64,000 nt of DNA from an uncultured Clostridium sp. (lineage in GTDB: Bacteria; Bacillota; Clostridia; TANB77; CAG-508). The notes below the pieces were generated by a model. The model did no database searches. It saw nothing but the letters and a program-made list of their open reading frames with translations, and was not told the DNA's origin. Of the stretch, positions 1-9,955 are shown piece after piece; the first letter of the stretch is position 1, and every line of letters starts with the position of its first letter. The DNA lies in the NCBI GenBank assembly GCA_900551615.1, contig URWN01000001.1, positions 4,295 to 68,294 of the forward strand. Reading direction: 5' to 3'. Position numbers and translations under genes: made by a program.

Positions 1-12
1 AGGTAATGAAAA

Positions 13-1869
13 ATGGGATTAAGAGATATTAAAGTTCCAAAGATGAAATTCAAAAAAATGAAAATGGACGTAATGGAAGAATTAAACGAAATAGACTACG
101 AAAAACTAGAAAAAAAGAATTTAAAGAAAAAAAGAGAAACACCATATGAAGACATGACACACTACAAAACAGTAAAAGAATTTTTCTTAAACTCAGTAGA
201 AAAATATCCAGAAGAAGACTGTATACTAGAAAAGTCGGACCACAAAACACCATACAAAATAACAACATACAAAGAATTCAAAGAAGACGTATTTGGATTA
301 GGAACAGCATTAACAAATGTCTTAAACCTAAAAAATAAAAGAGTAATCATAATCGGAGAAACTCAATACGGATGGTATGTATCATATATGGCAATGCTAT
401 GTGGAGTAGGAATTGCAGTACCAACAGACAGAGAATTACCACTAAATGAATTAGAAAACATAGTAAAAAGATCAAGAGCATCAGCAATAATATATTCACC
501 TAAAAAAGCAGAAGACATCAAAAAAATAAAAGAAGACATCCCAGAAGTAGAATATTTTATTGAAATGAAATCAGACAATAAGTTAGAAGATAAAGATGTT
601 GGATTACAATACCTAATAGACTTAGGAAAATCAATAATAAAATCAGGAGACAATAGTTTCGAAAAAATAAAAATAGACCCAGAAGAATTCAAAATATTAT
701 TCTTCACATCAGGAACAACATCAAACGCAAAAGGAGTAATGTTAAACAATAGAAACCTAGCAGAAAACATCAATGCAGTATCAGCATATGTAAAACTATA
801 TCCAATAGACATGCTATTTTCAGTATTGCCACTACATCACTGCTATGAATCAACAATAGGATTTTTACTACCAATGGCAACAGGAGCATCAGTAGCAATA
901 TGTGAAGGTTTAAGATACATAGTACCAAACTTACAAGAAGCACATCCAACAGCAATCTTAACAGTCCCATTATTAGTAGAAAGCTTATACAAAAAAATAA
1001 ACGAAAAAATAGTAAAAAGCAAAAAAGACAAAATGGTAAACACAATGATATCAGTAACAAATGCATTAAAAGGAGCAGGAATAGACATCAAGAAAAAAGT
1101 ATTCAAAGAAATATATGACAACTTAGGAGGAAGACTAAGAATCATAGTATCAGCAGCAGCACCAATAGACAAAAAAGTTGGAAACTGGTTAGAAGATATA
1201 GGAATCAACTTCCTACAGGGATACGGACTAACAGAAACAGCACCAATAGCAGCCTTAACACCAGAATACAAACCATGCGTAGGATCAGCAGGAAAAGCAA
1301 TAGTTCAAGCAGACATCAAAATAAAAGACCCAAACGAAAACGGAGAAGGAGAAATTTTAATAAAATCACCAACTCTAATGCTAGGATACTATGAAGACGA
1401 AGAAGAAACTAAAAAAGTAATAGATGAAGACGGATACTTCAATGCAGGAGATATTGGATATATAGATGACGACGGATACATCTTTATAACAGGAAGAAGC
1501 AAAAACGTTATAGTAACACAAAACGGAAAAAATATATATCCAGAAGAAATCGAAATGTTATTAGACAAAGTAGACGAAATAAAAGAATCTATGGTTTATG
1601 GTAAAAAGCCAGAAGCAAATAGCAGAAGAGAAGAAAAAGAATTAATAATCACTGCAAGAGTTATACCAGATTATGACAAAATAAAAGAACTACACGGAGA
1701 CCTTTCAGAAAAAGAGATTTACGATATAATTTGGAAAAATATTAAAGAAGTAAACAAAAAACTAACATCTTACAAAGCAGTAAAAGCTCTTGAAATCAAA
1801 GAAGGGGAATTTGAAAAAACTTCTACTATGAAAATTAAGAGATACAAAGAATTGAATAATAATAAATAA
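13..1869 (+). CDS. AMP-dependent long-chain fatty-acid--CoA ligase
   Basis: 618-aa ORF with acyl-adenylate signature FFTSGTTSNAKGVML, GYGLTET and GDIGYIDDDGYIFITGRSKN. Which N-terminal Met is the start is unresolved. Confidence 0.85.
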   Translation: MGLRDIKVPKMKFKKMKMDVMEELNEIDYEKLEKKNLKKKRETPYEDMTHYKTVKEFFLNSVEKYPEEDCILEKSDHKTPYKITTYKEFKEDVFGLGTALTNVLNLKNKRVIIIGETQYGWYVSYMAMLCGVGIAVPTDRELPLNELENIVKRSRASAIIYSPKKAEDIKKIKEDIPEVEYFIEMKSDNKLEDKDVGLQYLIDLGKSIIKSGDNSFEKIKIDPEEFKILFFTSGTTSNAKGVMLNNRNLAENINAVSAYVKLYPIDMLFSVLPLHHCYESTIGFLLPMATGASVAICEGLRYIVPNLQEAHPTAILTVPLLVESLYKKINEKIVKSKKDKMVNTMISVTNALKGAGIDIKKKVFKEIYDNLGGRLRIIVSAAAPIDKKVGNWLEDIGINFLQGYGLTETAPIAALTPEYKPCVGSAGKAIVQADIKIKDPNENGEGEILIKSPTLMLGYYEDEEETKKVIDEDGYFNAGDIGYIDDDGYIFITGRSKNVIVTQNGKNIYPEEIEMLLDKVDEIKESMVYGKKPEANSRREEKELIITARVIPDYDKIKELHGDLSEKEIYDIIWKNIKEVNKKLTSYKAVKALEIKEGEFEKTSTMKIKRYKELNNNK

Positions 1870-1873
1870 AAAA

Positions 1874-1913
1874 AGAGGGATTGTGGGGCCACCACAAAAA
1901 ATCCCTCTTTTTG
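1874..1913 (+). terminator. rho-independent terminator
   Basis: agagggatt (1874-1882) pairs with aatccctct (1900-1908), with an inner gtgg/ccac stem, followed by a T-run. Confidence 0.75.
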
Positions 1914-1985
1914 TGTAGTAAATAATAGCTTTAGATAAAATGATAGGGATTTTGGGACATGTATCAAATTCCGAAATTTTGCAAT

Positions 1986-2011
1986 AAAAAAACACCTACT
2001 AAAAGTAGATG
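1986..2011 (-). terminator. terminator of tRNA-fMet
   Basis: On the minus strand: catctact-ttt-agtaggtg hairpin (one mismatch) followed by TTTTTTT. Confidence 0.55.
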
Positions 2012-2022
2012 CTTCATATTTT

Positions 2023-2098
2023 TGGTTGCGGGGGATGGACTCGAACCACCGACCTCAGGGTTATGAGCCCTGCGAGCTGCCAACTGCTCCACCCCGCG
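2023..2098 (-). tRNA. initiator tRNA-fMet (anticodon CAU), CCA encoded
   Basis: Reverse complement reads CGCGGGGTGGAGCAGTTGGCAGCTCGCAGGGCTCATAACCCTGAGGTCGGTGGTTCGAGTCCATCCCCCGCAACCA. It has the C1xA72 mismatch and three G-C pairs closing the anticodon stem, both typical of bacterial initiator tRNA. Confidence 0.92.
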
Positions 2099-2119
2099 AT
2101 GTAATGTGTTGACTTAATT

Positions 2120-2149
2120 ATTATACAACCTAAAAATCAAATTTGTCAA
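2120..2149 (-). promoter_or_regulatory. sigma-A type promoter of tRNA-fMet
   Basis: Minus strand reads TTGACA-N18-TATAAT, about 20 nt upstream of the tRNA 5' end. Confidence 0.65.
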
Positions 2150-2378
2150 GAGTTTTAAAGAAAATTACGAAAAATCTTACATAATATTAAAAAAATAAAT
2201 ATAAATAATATCTAATATTAATATACATTATATGCCAAAAGCAATAAAAAAATACCAACAAAATTAAACAAATATACAAAAAACAAAATCAACTTGTAAT
2301 ACCAAGCTTTATATGATAATATCTAACTATAAAAAATTAAGAAAAATCAATAAAAGAATTAATATAGAAGGTGAAAAA

Positions 2379-3272
2379 ATGAAATTTTTGCAAGAATTAC
2401 TAGAAAAACAATATGGAGAAAAAACAACAAAAGAAATAGTAGAGGGATACTCTAGCAAAAGAAAAACAACACTTAGAATAAATACAATAAAAAGCAATAT
2501 AGAAGAAATAAAAAAAGAATTAGAAAAAGAAAAAATAGAATATAAACAAGTAAAATGGAGCAACGAAGCACTAATAATAGAAAATGAAGACGAAAAAACA
2601 ATGCAACAAATGGACATATATAAAGAAGGAAAAATTTATTTACAAAGCTTATCATCAATGTTACCACCAATAATACTAGAACCAAAAGAAGGAACAGACA
2701 TATTAGATATGGCGGCAGCACCAGGAGGAAAAACAACACAAATAGCAGCACTTACAAACAACAAAGCACACATAACAGCATGTGAAAAAAACAAAATAAG
2801 AGCAGAAAGACTAAAATATAATGTAGACAAACAAGGAGCAACATGTGTATTCATAATGCCAAAAGACTCAAGATTTATAGACGACTTTTTCTCATTTGAT
2901 CAAATTTTATTAGATGCACCATGCAGTGGAAGTGGAACACTAGACCTTAACGACCAAAATATAGACAAATACTTTACAGAACAACTAGTAGAAAGGTCAT
3001 CAAAGACACAAAAAACACTATTAGCCAAAGCAATAAAATTATTAAAACCAGGACACGAAATGGTATACTCAACATGTTCAATTTTAGAATGTGAAAATGA
3101 AGAAGTTGTTTCAACAGCCATAAAAGGCGGAAATGCAGAAATTGCACCTATAAATTTTAAAGGAATAGAAGAACTACCAATACTTCCAACAAAAATTCCA
3201 GGAACTTTATGCGTAAAACCAACAGATGTATACGAAGGATTCTTTGTAGCAAAAATAAGAAAGAATAAATAA
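2379..3272 (+). CDS. RsmB/RsmF (NOL1/NOP2/Sun) family rRNA m5C methyltransferase
   Basis: DMAAAPGGKT SAM motif, DAPCSGSG and TCS catalytic Cys motifs. Start moved to the ATG behind gaaggtg (ORF opens at 2313). Confidence 0.85.
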   Translation: MKFLQELLEKQYGEKTTKEIVEGYSSKRKTTLRINTIKSNIEEIKKELEKEKIEYKQVKWSNEALIIENEDEKTMQQMDIYKEGKIYLQSLSSMLPPIILEPKEGTDILDMAAAPGGKTTQIAALTNNKAHITACEKNKIRAERLKYNVDKQGATCVFIMPKDSRFIDDFFSFDQILLDAPCSGSGTLDLNDQNIDKYFTEQLVERSSKTQKTLLAKAIKLLKPGHEMVYSTCSILECENEEVVSTAIKGGNAEIAPINFKGIEELPILPTKIPGTLCVKPTDVYEGFFVAKIRKNK

Positions 3273-3402
3273 ATACACTGAAACATATGGCTCTGGAGAA
3301 AAACAAAAATTTATTTTTACAAATAATCCACTATATGAATTAAAATAATTAAAATTATACACATAAAGTGGTATAATTGTGGAAAAGAAAGGAGAAAATC
3401 AA

Positions 3403-3740
3403 ATGGATATAACGATTGATGTAGAAGATTACAAACTAAATGTAAGAACAGCAGGAGTAATAATTCATAATGGCAAGGTATTGCGACAATTGAAAACTTT
3501 TTTGAAATGAAAGGTTCAAAATACCATGAGATAATGTTTATACATAAAATAGAATTTACAGACGAAGAAGACAAAAAAATAGAATATACAATGAAAAATA
3601 TTGAAGGCAAAGATTATTTGCAATATGAATGGCTTGACTTGAAAAAGATAGATGAATATCCATTATTGCCAGGAGCAGTAAAAAATATTTTAAAAGAAAA
3701 TAAATTTCCAATACACAAAATAAACAATGATTTAAAATAA
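3403..3740 (+). pseudogene. NUDIX hydrolase remnant (Nudix box deleted, frame change at about 3507)
   Basis: 35-aa ORF MDITIDVEDYKLNVRTAGVIIHNGKVL... stops at 3510. The C-terminal part continues in another frame (3507-3740). No GX5EX7REUXEEXGU box is present. Confidence 0.55.
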
Positions 3741-3776
3741 TATTTAACGAAAAAATTAAAAAAAGAGGAAAATTTA

Positions 3777-4358
3777 ATGAACAAAACTCAAAAATATTAT
3801 GATAATACTACATTTGACTATCCAAAAAAAAATGTGAAATTTTTCATTGAAAATATTAAAGTCGAGCCAGGAAAAGCAATAGAATTAGGATGTGGAGCAG
3901 GCAGTGACACAATATATTTAATAAAAAAAGGATGGAATGTACTTGCGATAGATAGAGAAGATGTAGAAACAAGAATATCCAAAAGATTAAATACTGAAGA
4001 ATTAAAAAAATTTAGATTCCAAAAACAAAAATTTGAAAACATTAAATTAGAAAAAAGCAATTTAATCGTAGCTAATTACAGTCTACCATTTTGTCAAAAA
4101 GATAAATTTAAAGAATTATGGAATAAAATAAAAACAAGCATATCAAATAAAGGATATTTTATAGGAAATTTTTTTTGCGTAAAAGATGAGTGGAATGTAG
4201 AAAATTTTCAAATTATATTTTTTACCAAAGAACAAGTACTAGAACTATTTACTGATTTTGAAATTATTTGCTTTAAAGAGATAGAAAAAGATATGCTTAC
4301 TGGGTTAGGTAAAATGAAACATTGGCATATATTTAATGTAATAGCAAAGAAAAAATAG
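3777..4358 (+). CDS. class I SAM-dependent methyltransferase
   Basis: Motif I ELGCGAGSDT, 193 aa, RBS agaggaaaa upstream. Confidence 0.8.
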   Translation: MNKTQKYYDNTTFDYPKKNVKFFIENIKVEPGKAIELGCGAGSDTIYLIKKGWNVLAIDREDVETRISKRLNTEELKKFRFQKQKFENIKLEKSNLIVANYSLPFCQKDKFKELWNKIKTSISNKGYFIGNFFCVKDEWNVENFQIIFFTKEQVLELFTDFEIICFKEIEKDMLTGLGKMKHWHIFNVIAKKK

Positions 4359-4367
4359 GAGATTAGC

Positions 4368-4778
4368 ATGGTAAACGATATAGTAAAAGATGTAATGTTT
4401 TTATCACAAAAGGCAGAAAAAGCAACAGAAAAAGATAAGTATATAGTAAGTGATTTATTAGATACATTAAATGCTAATAAAGAAAGATGTGTAGGACTTG
4501 CTGCAAATATGATAGGATATAACAAGTCAATAATTTGTGTATCAGGTGAACTATATGATTTTGTGATGATAAATCCTGTTATTACAAGTAAAATCGGAGA
4601 GTACGAAACAGAGGAAGGCTGTTTGTCTTTGATTGGAGAAAGAAAATGTAAAAGATATAAAGAAATTGAGGTTAATTATTTGGATATGAATTTTAATAAA
4701 CAGCATGGAATATATACTGGATTTGTTGCTGAAATAATACAACATGAAATTGACCATACAAATGGAATAATAATATAA
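4368..4778 (+). CDS. def: peptide deformylase
   Basis: GLAANMIG, EGCLS and QHEIDHTNG motifs. Confidence 0.92.
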   Translation: MVNDIVKDVMFLSQKAEKATEKDKYIVSDLLDTLNANKERCVGLAANMIGYNKSIICVSGELYDFVMINPVITSKIGEYETEEGCLSLIGERKCKRYKEIEVNYLDMNFNKQHGIYTGFVAEIIQHEIDHTNGIII

Positions 4779-4899
4779 TAAAAAAAAGGAGGGATATTTA
4801 GTATAATTAAATTGTATATTGTGAATAGAAATATTGATTAGATATTAAGACTGATATCGCATACTCCGACGGCAAGGAGTTTGTTTATTATACTCATAA

Positions 4900-5040
4900 C
4901 GGCTAGAATTACTAGAGTTGCAAGAGATTGTGACTCTTATATTTTGGCTCGAAGTTGCCTACATAAATGATATTGGGCACGTTATGGGCACAAATATATA
5001 TAAAAAGGTTTTTTAGTAAAGCTTATAATTTTAGATATTT
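4900..5040 (+). pseudogene. possible decayed 3' end of a tyrosine recombinase gene
   Basis: Two adjacent frames read ...ITRVARDCDSYILA... and ...EVAYINDIGHVMGTN.... These resemble the ...LGHS.I.TT.D.Y.HV... C-terminus of integrases. No intact ORF. Confidence 0.25.
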
Positions 5041-5218
5041 ATAGAATATTTGATTAAAAATTCTAAAAAACACAAATAGGTTCTGACTACAAATTAAAAA
5101 ATCATACGGTGATATTCTGATAAAAGTATTTATAAATAAAAGAAAAGTGCCAATTAAAAAACTTTAAGTTGTACATAGGTAAGGAGTAAGACACAAAAAA
5201 TACATAAATGAATGAAAG

Positions 5219-5260
5219 GCGAATGGAGGCACAAGATGGTAATCTTGTGCCTTCATTCGC
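5219..5260. other. 18-bp GC-rich hairpin
   Basis: gcgaatggaggcacaaga / tcttgtgccttcattcgc with a 6-nt loop and one G-U pair. No T-run follows. Lies 55 nt upstream of the 5316 CDS. Confidence 0.7.
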
Positions 5261-5315
5261 ATAGAAGAAAGCAGGAAGATAGGTAAAGATGATAAAAGGT
5301 AGGGAGGTGATTTAA

Positions 5316-6167
5316 GTGGAAAAAGAAAAGAGAGTATGTTTAAGAGATAGAGATATAGAATTAATATTGTTCTTAGCTGAATATGGAAGTATTACAAATG
5401 AAAATGTAAAACTATTATATCAATCAGAATATTATTACAAAAATAGATTAGCAAGTTTAGCTAAAGGTGATATGATTGAACGATTATATGGAAAAGTAGT
5501 GTTGAGTAGAAAAGGAAAACATTATTTAAATCAAATTGGAATAGGATATCGAAATATCAACAGAAATGAAAATTATAAAAAAAGAATGGAACGAATTAGT
5601 GATATTGCTTGTAAAGTAAAAAGTTGTGGATGGTATTTTGAACCTAGTTGGAAGTGTGATGTTAATACTTATACCCAAAAAGGTAATCGATATGTAGGCG
5701 TTATGTCTAGAGAAGAGAAAAAATGGAATGAAAGTCTTGATGATTTTTATAAAAGATCTTATATTGTTTATTTTCTTCATAAGAGTATTACACCAAGAGA
5801 ATTAAAGTACATAGATAAGGAGATGAATAGAAATAAAAGTAAATTTCATGGATTGATTATTTTTACAGAAGATAATACATATTTGTATAAACCTAAATTT
5901 AATGATATCAGATATGAAGAATCTTATATTGTTCCATATAATAAAGAAACATGGAAAGTTTTTAGCATTATTAAGGATGAAAATTTTATGAATGATAGAT
6001 TGCATGATATTTTTGGGGATAAATTAGTATCTCTAAAATATAAGAGTTTTTTTGATAATTATTATATTAAGGAAAATAATGTTTATACTTATATTTTTTA
6101 TATGCCTTTTGCGAATTTTTATCTTATGGATTATATTAATTTTTTATCATCTGATAATTTGACTTAA
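5316..6167 (+). CDS. hypothetical protein, N-terminal winged-helix (replication-relaxation-like)
   Basis: GTG start behind agggaggtg. N-terminus LRDRDIELILFLAEYGSITNENVKLLY...NRLASLAKGDMIER resembles plasmid/ICE replication-relaxation proteins. Confidence 0.4.
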   Translation: MEKEKRVCLRDRDIELILFLAEYGSITNENVKLLYQSEYYYKNRLASLAKGDMIERLYGKVVLSRKGKHYLNQIGIGYRNINRNENYKKRMERISDIACKVKSCGWYFEPSWKCDVNTYTQKGNRYVGVMSREEKKWNESLDDFYKRSYIVYFLHKSITPRELKYIDKEMNRNKSKFHGLIIFTEDNTYLYKPKFNDIRYEESYIVPYNKETWKVFSIIKDENFMNDRLHDIFGDKLVSLKYKSFFDNYYIKENNVYTYIFYMPFANFYLMDYINFLSSDNLT

Positions 6168-6372
6168 GATGCGAAAGTTAAGGTTGTTTGTTTGAATTGT
6201 TGTGTTGATTATGTTAGGAAATATTTGGATGAAAAGGTGGAAGTTACTTGTATTAGCGTTGATTAGATAAATTTCGATAAAATACTTGAAAATATTGGAA
6301 GTTTTGTTGAGAAAAATAAAAGATTATGATAAAATAACGTTAAATTATAAAATTTAAAATTAAGGAGCCATT

Positions 6373-7872
6373 ATGAAAGAAGAAGATTTAAAAGATTTAG
6401 AAAAAAGACTATGGGAAGCAGCAGATAAAATGAGAGGCGCTGTTCCTGTATCTAGTTATAAATTTATAGTATTAGGACTAATATTTTTAAAATATATATC
6501 AGATTCATTTGAAGAAAAATATCAAGAATTGGTAGAAGAAGGTTATGGACTGGAAGAAGATAGAGATGCTTATGAAATGGATCATATATTCTATGTACCA
6601 CCAAAAGCTAGATGGGAATATCTAAATGCCCATTCAAAAGATAGTAATATTGGACAAATAATAGATGAAGCACTAGAAGAAATAGAAAAGGAAAATCCTA
6701 GTTTAAAAGGTGTTTTAATAAAACAATATAATAGTCCAGATTATAAGAATGTAAATTTAGGTGAACTAATTGATATATTTACAAACATAAGAATTGGAAG
6801 TAAAGAAGCTCAAGACAAAGATATACTAGGAAGAATCTATGAATACTTTTTAGGACAATTTGCATCTAATGAACTACAAAAAGGTGGAGAATTCTATACA
6901 CCAGCTTGTTTAGTTAGAACAATGGTTGAGATATTAGAACCATACCAAGGTAGGGTATATGACCCGGCTTGTGGATCTGGTGGCATGTTTGTACAAAGTT
7001 TAAAATTTATACAAAGACATCAAGGAAATATAGATAATTTAAGTATATATGGACAAGAGAAAAATCCAACAACCTGGAAACTAGCAAAAATGAACTTGGC
7101 AATCAGAAGTATAGATGGTAACTTAGGCAAATTTGCAGATGATACATTCCATAATGATTTACACAAAGATTTAAAAGCAGACTTTGTTTTAGCAAATCCA
7201 CCATTTAACATTTCAGATTGGGGACAAGAAAAATTATTAGATGATCCAAGATGGAAATATGGAATACCACCAAAAGGAAATGCAAACTTTGCTTGGGTAG
7301 AACACATGGTATCTAAATTGTCAATGAATGGTAAAGCAGCAATAATACTTGCTAATGGTTCTTTATCAGCTGGAGGACAAGAAGAGGAAATTAGAAAGAA
7401 TCTTATAGAAGCAGATTTAGTTGACTGTATATTATCGATGCCATCAAACTTATTCTATACAGTAACAATACCTTGTAGTATTTGGATACTTAATAGAAAT
7501 AAAAAGCAAAAAGGTAAAACATTATTCATTGATTGTAGAAATTTAGGTACAATGGTTACAAGAAAACTAAGAGAGTTAGATGAGACAGACATCATGAAAA
7601 TTGCAGGTACATATCATCAGTTCCAAAATAATGAAGAATATGAAGATGTAGCAGGATTCTGTAAAGCAACCACAACAGAAGAAATTAAGGAGAATAACTA
7701 TGTATTAACACCAGGTAGATATGTTGGAACAGAAGAACAAGAAGATGATGGAATATCATTCGAAGAAAAAATGAAAACTTTAACAACAGAATTGAAAGCT
7801 CAATTTGAGGAATCTCACAAGTTGGAAGAAGAAATAAAGAAGAACTTGGAGGCTATTGGGTATGATTGTTAG
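6373..7872 (+). CDS. hsdM: type I restriction-modification N6-adenine DNA methyltransferase subunit
   Basis: HsdM N-terminal domain (LWEAADKMRG), motif I YDPACGSGGMF, motif IV LANPPFN. Confidence 0.95.
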   Translation: MKEEDLKDLEKRLWEAADKMRGAVPVSSYKFIVLGLIFLKYISDSFEEKYQELVEEGYGLEEDRDAYEMDHIFYVPPKARWEYLNAHSKDSNIGQIIDEALEEIEKENPSLKGVLIKQYNSPDYKNVNLGELIDIFTNIRIGSKEAQDKDILGRIYEYFLGQFASNELQKGGEFYTPACLVRTMVEILEPYQGRVYDPACGSGGMFVQSLKFIQRHQGNIDNLSIYGQEKNPTTWKLAKMNLAIRSIDGNLGKFADDTFHNDLHKDLKADFVLANPPFNISDWGQEKLLDDPRWKYGIPPKGNANFAWVEHMVSKLSMNGKAAIILANGSLSAGGQEEEIRKNLIEADLVDCILSMPSNLFYTVTIPCSIWILNRNKKQKGKTLFIDCRNLGTMVTRKLRELDETDIMKIAGTYHQFQNNEEYEDVAGFCKATTTEEIKENNYVLTPGRYVGTEEQEDDGISFEEKMKTLTTELKAQFEESHKLEEEIKKNLEAIGYDC

Positions 7873-9073
7873 ATTAAAAGATGCTATAAAAAGTGTAAGT
7901 ACAGGAGCAGATGCTATACAAAGAGCTCCTATTGTTGAGTATGATACTGGAGTGAAATGCCTAAGAATAGGGGATATTTCGAATAAAAGAAAATATACTG
8001 ACTGGGGATTTTCAAAGGTAAATGAAGATAATTACAGAAAATATAAGTTAAAAAAAGGTGATATTATTGTTGCTAGAACAGGAAGCACAGTAGGGATTAA
8101 TAAATACATACAAAAAGATTATAATGCAGTATATAATAATGGACTAATTAGATTAGAAGTTGATGAATTGAAGTATGATAGAAAATTTATTTATTATATT
8201 ATGCAAACACAAAGCTTTAAAAATTATATAAATGGAATTGCATTTGGAACAACAGGACAACCTAATATTCAAATTAATGATTTATTAAATTTTAAATTTA
8301 ATTATTTACCTCTTGAGTTACAACACAAAATTGTAAAGGTAATTGATAGCTTGAATAAAAAAATAGAATTAAATAATCAAATAAATGATAATTTGTTTGA
8401 AATTTCAAGAATGGATTTTGAAAAATTATATCAAAATAATAAATTGTGGAATGAGTGTAGAATAGATGATTTAAACTTATATATTTCAGATTATGTAGCA
8501 AATGGTAGCTTTAAAAGTTTATCAGAAAATGTAAGGTTATATGATGAAAAAGAATATGCATTATTTATAAGAAATACTGATTTAAAAGTAAACTTTACGC
8601 AAGAAAGAAAATATGTTGATAAACATTCATATGATTTTCTAAAAAAATCTCAGCTATTTGGTAGAGAATTAATAATATCAAATGTAGGAGATGTGGGAAG
8701 CATTTTCTTATGTCCAAGCTATAAATTTCCAATGTCCTTGGGAAATAATGTTATAATGGTTGACTCAAAGAATTTAGAAATAAATTACAACTATTATTTA
8801 TATTATTTTTTTAAAAGTAATCAAGGACAGCACTTAATAGATGGTATTACAGGAGGTTCAGCGCAACCTAAATTTAATAAAACAGATTTTAGAACTTCTA
8901 GAATTAGAATTCCATCAAAAGATGAATTAGAAGCATTTAATAAAAAAGTTATACCAATTTATAACAAAATAGAATTAAATATATTTGAAAATGAAACATT
9001 AGCACAATTACGAGACACACTATTACCAAAGCTAATGAATGACAAAATAGACTTAGATAATATAGAAAATTAG
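7856..9073 (+). CDS. hsdS: type I R-M specificity subunit (two target-recognition domains)
   Basis: Overlaps the hsdM stop by 17 nt. Two TRD halves are separated by conserved helical spacers (NKKIELNNQINDNLFEI ; YNKIELNIFENETLAQLRDTLLPKLM). Confidence 0.85.
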   Translation: MGMIVRLKDAIKSVSTGADAIQRAPIVEYDTGVKCLRIGDISNKRKYTDWGFSKVNEDNYRKYKLKKGDIIVARTGSTVGINKYIQKDYNAVYNNGLIRLEVDELKYDRKFIYYIMQTQSFKNYINGIAFGTTGQPNIQINDLLNFKFNYLPLELQHKIVKVIDSLNKKIELNNQINDNLFEISRMDFEKLYQNNKLWNECRIDDLNLYISDYVANGSFKSLSENVRLYDEKEYALFIRNTDLKVNFTQERKYVDKHSYDFLKKSQLFGRELIISNVGDVGSIFLCPSYKFPMSLGNNVIMVDSKNLEINYNYYLYYFFKSNQGQHLIDGITGGSAQPKFNKTDFRTSRIRIPSKDELEAFNKKVIPIYNKIELNIFENETLAQLRDTLLPKLMNDKIDLDNIEN

Positions 9074-9118
9074 TCATACAAATAACTATTTATTTGGACA
9101 ATAATAAGGGAGAAAAAT

Positions 9119-9934
9119 ATGAAAAGTATTTTTGAAATTGAAAATAGACTAGATATACCAAAAGAATTCTCAAAATTAGTTGATATATTTCAAGAAGACT
9201 CAAATGCAGCAATATATGAAGAAAAATATCATTCAAGGACATATGGAACTTTTATTTCTGCTATAAGCAAAACAGTATTTTTGGAGTGGAAATATAGAGA
9301 TACATTTTTAGATGCTTATGAATATCTAGAACACATAGGAATTAATATAGAGGCAATTGATTATTTAAAGTATCATATAAACAAGGAACAATTTTTATAT
9401 TATTTAGAATTTATACTAAATATGGTTTTATTAATTGATGATGCAAATAAAAGACAAATAGAGTTATTACCTATGACAATTGCTGCAATCGAAAATATTC
9501 CAAAAATATTAGAAAAGATGAATTATAAAATAAAAGAATTAGATGATAAAATTATAATAACTAAAAGAAATGCGGATATTGACTCTATACTAGAAACGGT
9601 ACCAAAAGATATAGCTGTTACATTACTAGAATATAACGATTTTAGAATTCAAGATGATATCAAAGTGAAACAAAAAATATTAAAAAACATGGATTTATAT
9701 ATTGAAAAAAATATTAATATTAAATCTTTTGATAAAGAACTTGATAATGCTATAGGGACAATTGTAAACAAGATGGGAGTAAATCATCCTATTAAAGAAG
9801 AACCATATAAATTATTTACAGATGAACAACTAATAAAATGGTATGATAAGTGTTTTCTTATGATGATTCATGCAATAAGAACAGTTGAAGTTAATAAGAT
9901 AAAAGAAGAAAGAAAAAAATTAATTCAAAAATAA
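9119..9934 (+). CDS. hypothetical protein embedded between hsdS and hsdR
   Basis: 271-aa ORF, RBS gggagaaaaat, no motif recognised. Gaps of 45 nt and 21 nt to its neighbours. Confidence 0.7.
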   Translation: MKSIFEIENRLDIPKEFSKLVDIFQEDSNAAIYEEKYHSRTYGTFISAISKTVFLEWKYRDTFLDAYEYLEHIGINIEAIDYLKYHINKEQFLYYLEFILNMVLLIDDANKRQIELLPMTIAAIENIPKILEKMNYKIKELDDKIIITKRNADIDSILETVPKDIAVTLLEYNDFRIQDDIKVKQKILKNMDLYIEKNINIKSFDKELDNAIGTIVNKMGVNHPIKEEPYKLFTDEQLIKWYDKCFLMMIHAIRTVEVNKIKEERKKLIQK

Positions 9935-9955
9935 ATATAATTTAGGGGGCAAATT

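Noticed and set aside
4893-4900. CTCATAAC at the left island border matching the anticodon-loop core of the tRNA relic at 21016, considered as a possible att direct repeat.
   Set aside because: An 8-nt match is expected by chance about once or twice in 64 kb on two strands, and the flanking sequence does not extend the match.
6168-6266. In-frame continuation (DAKVKVVCLNCCVDYVRKYLDEKVEVTCISVD*) directly after the TAA stop of the 5316 gene, considered as possible read-through or a nonsense mutation.
   Set aside because: It is only 32 codons in a GT-rich stretch of different composition, and I have no homolog evidence. It is most likely fortuitous.
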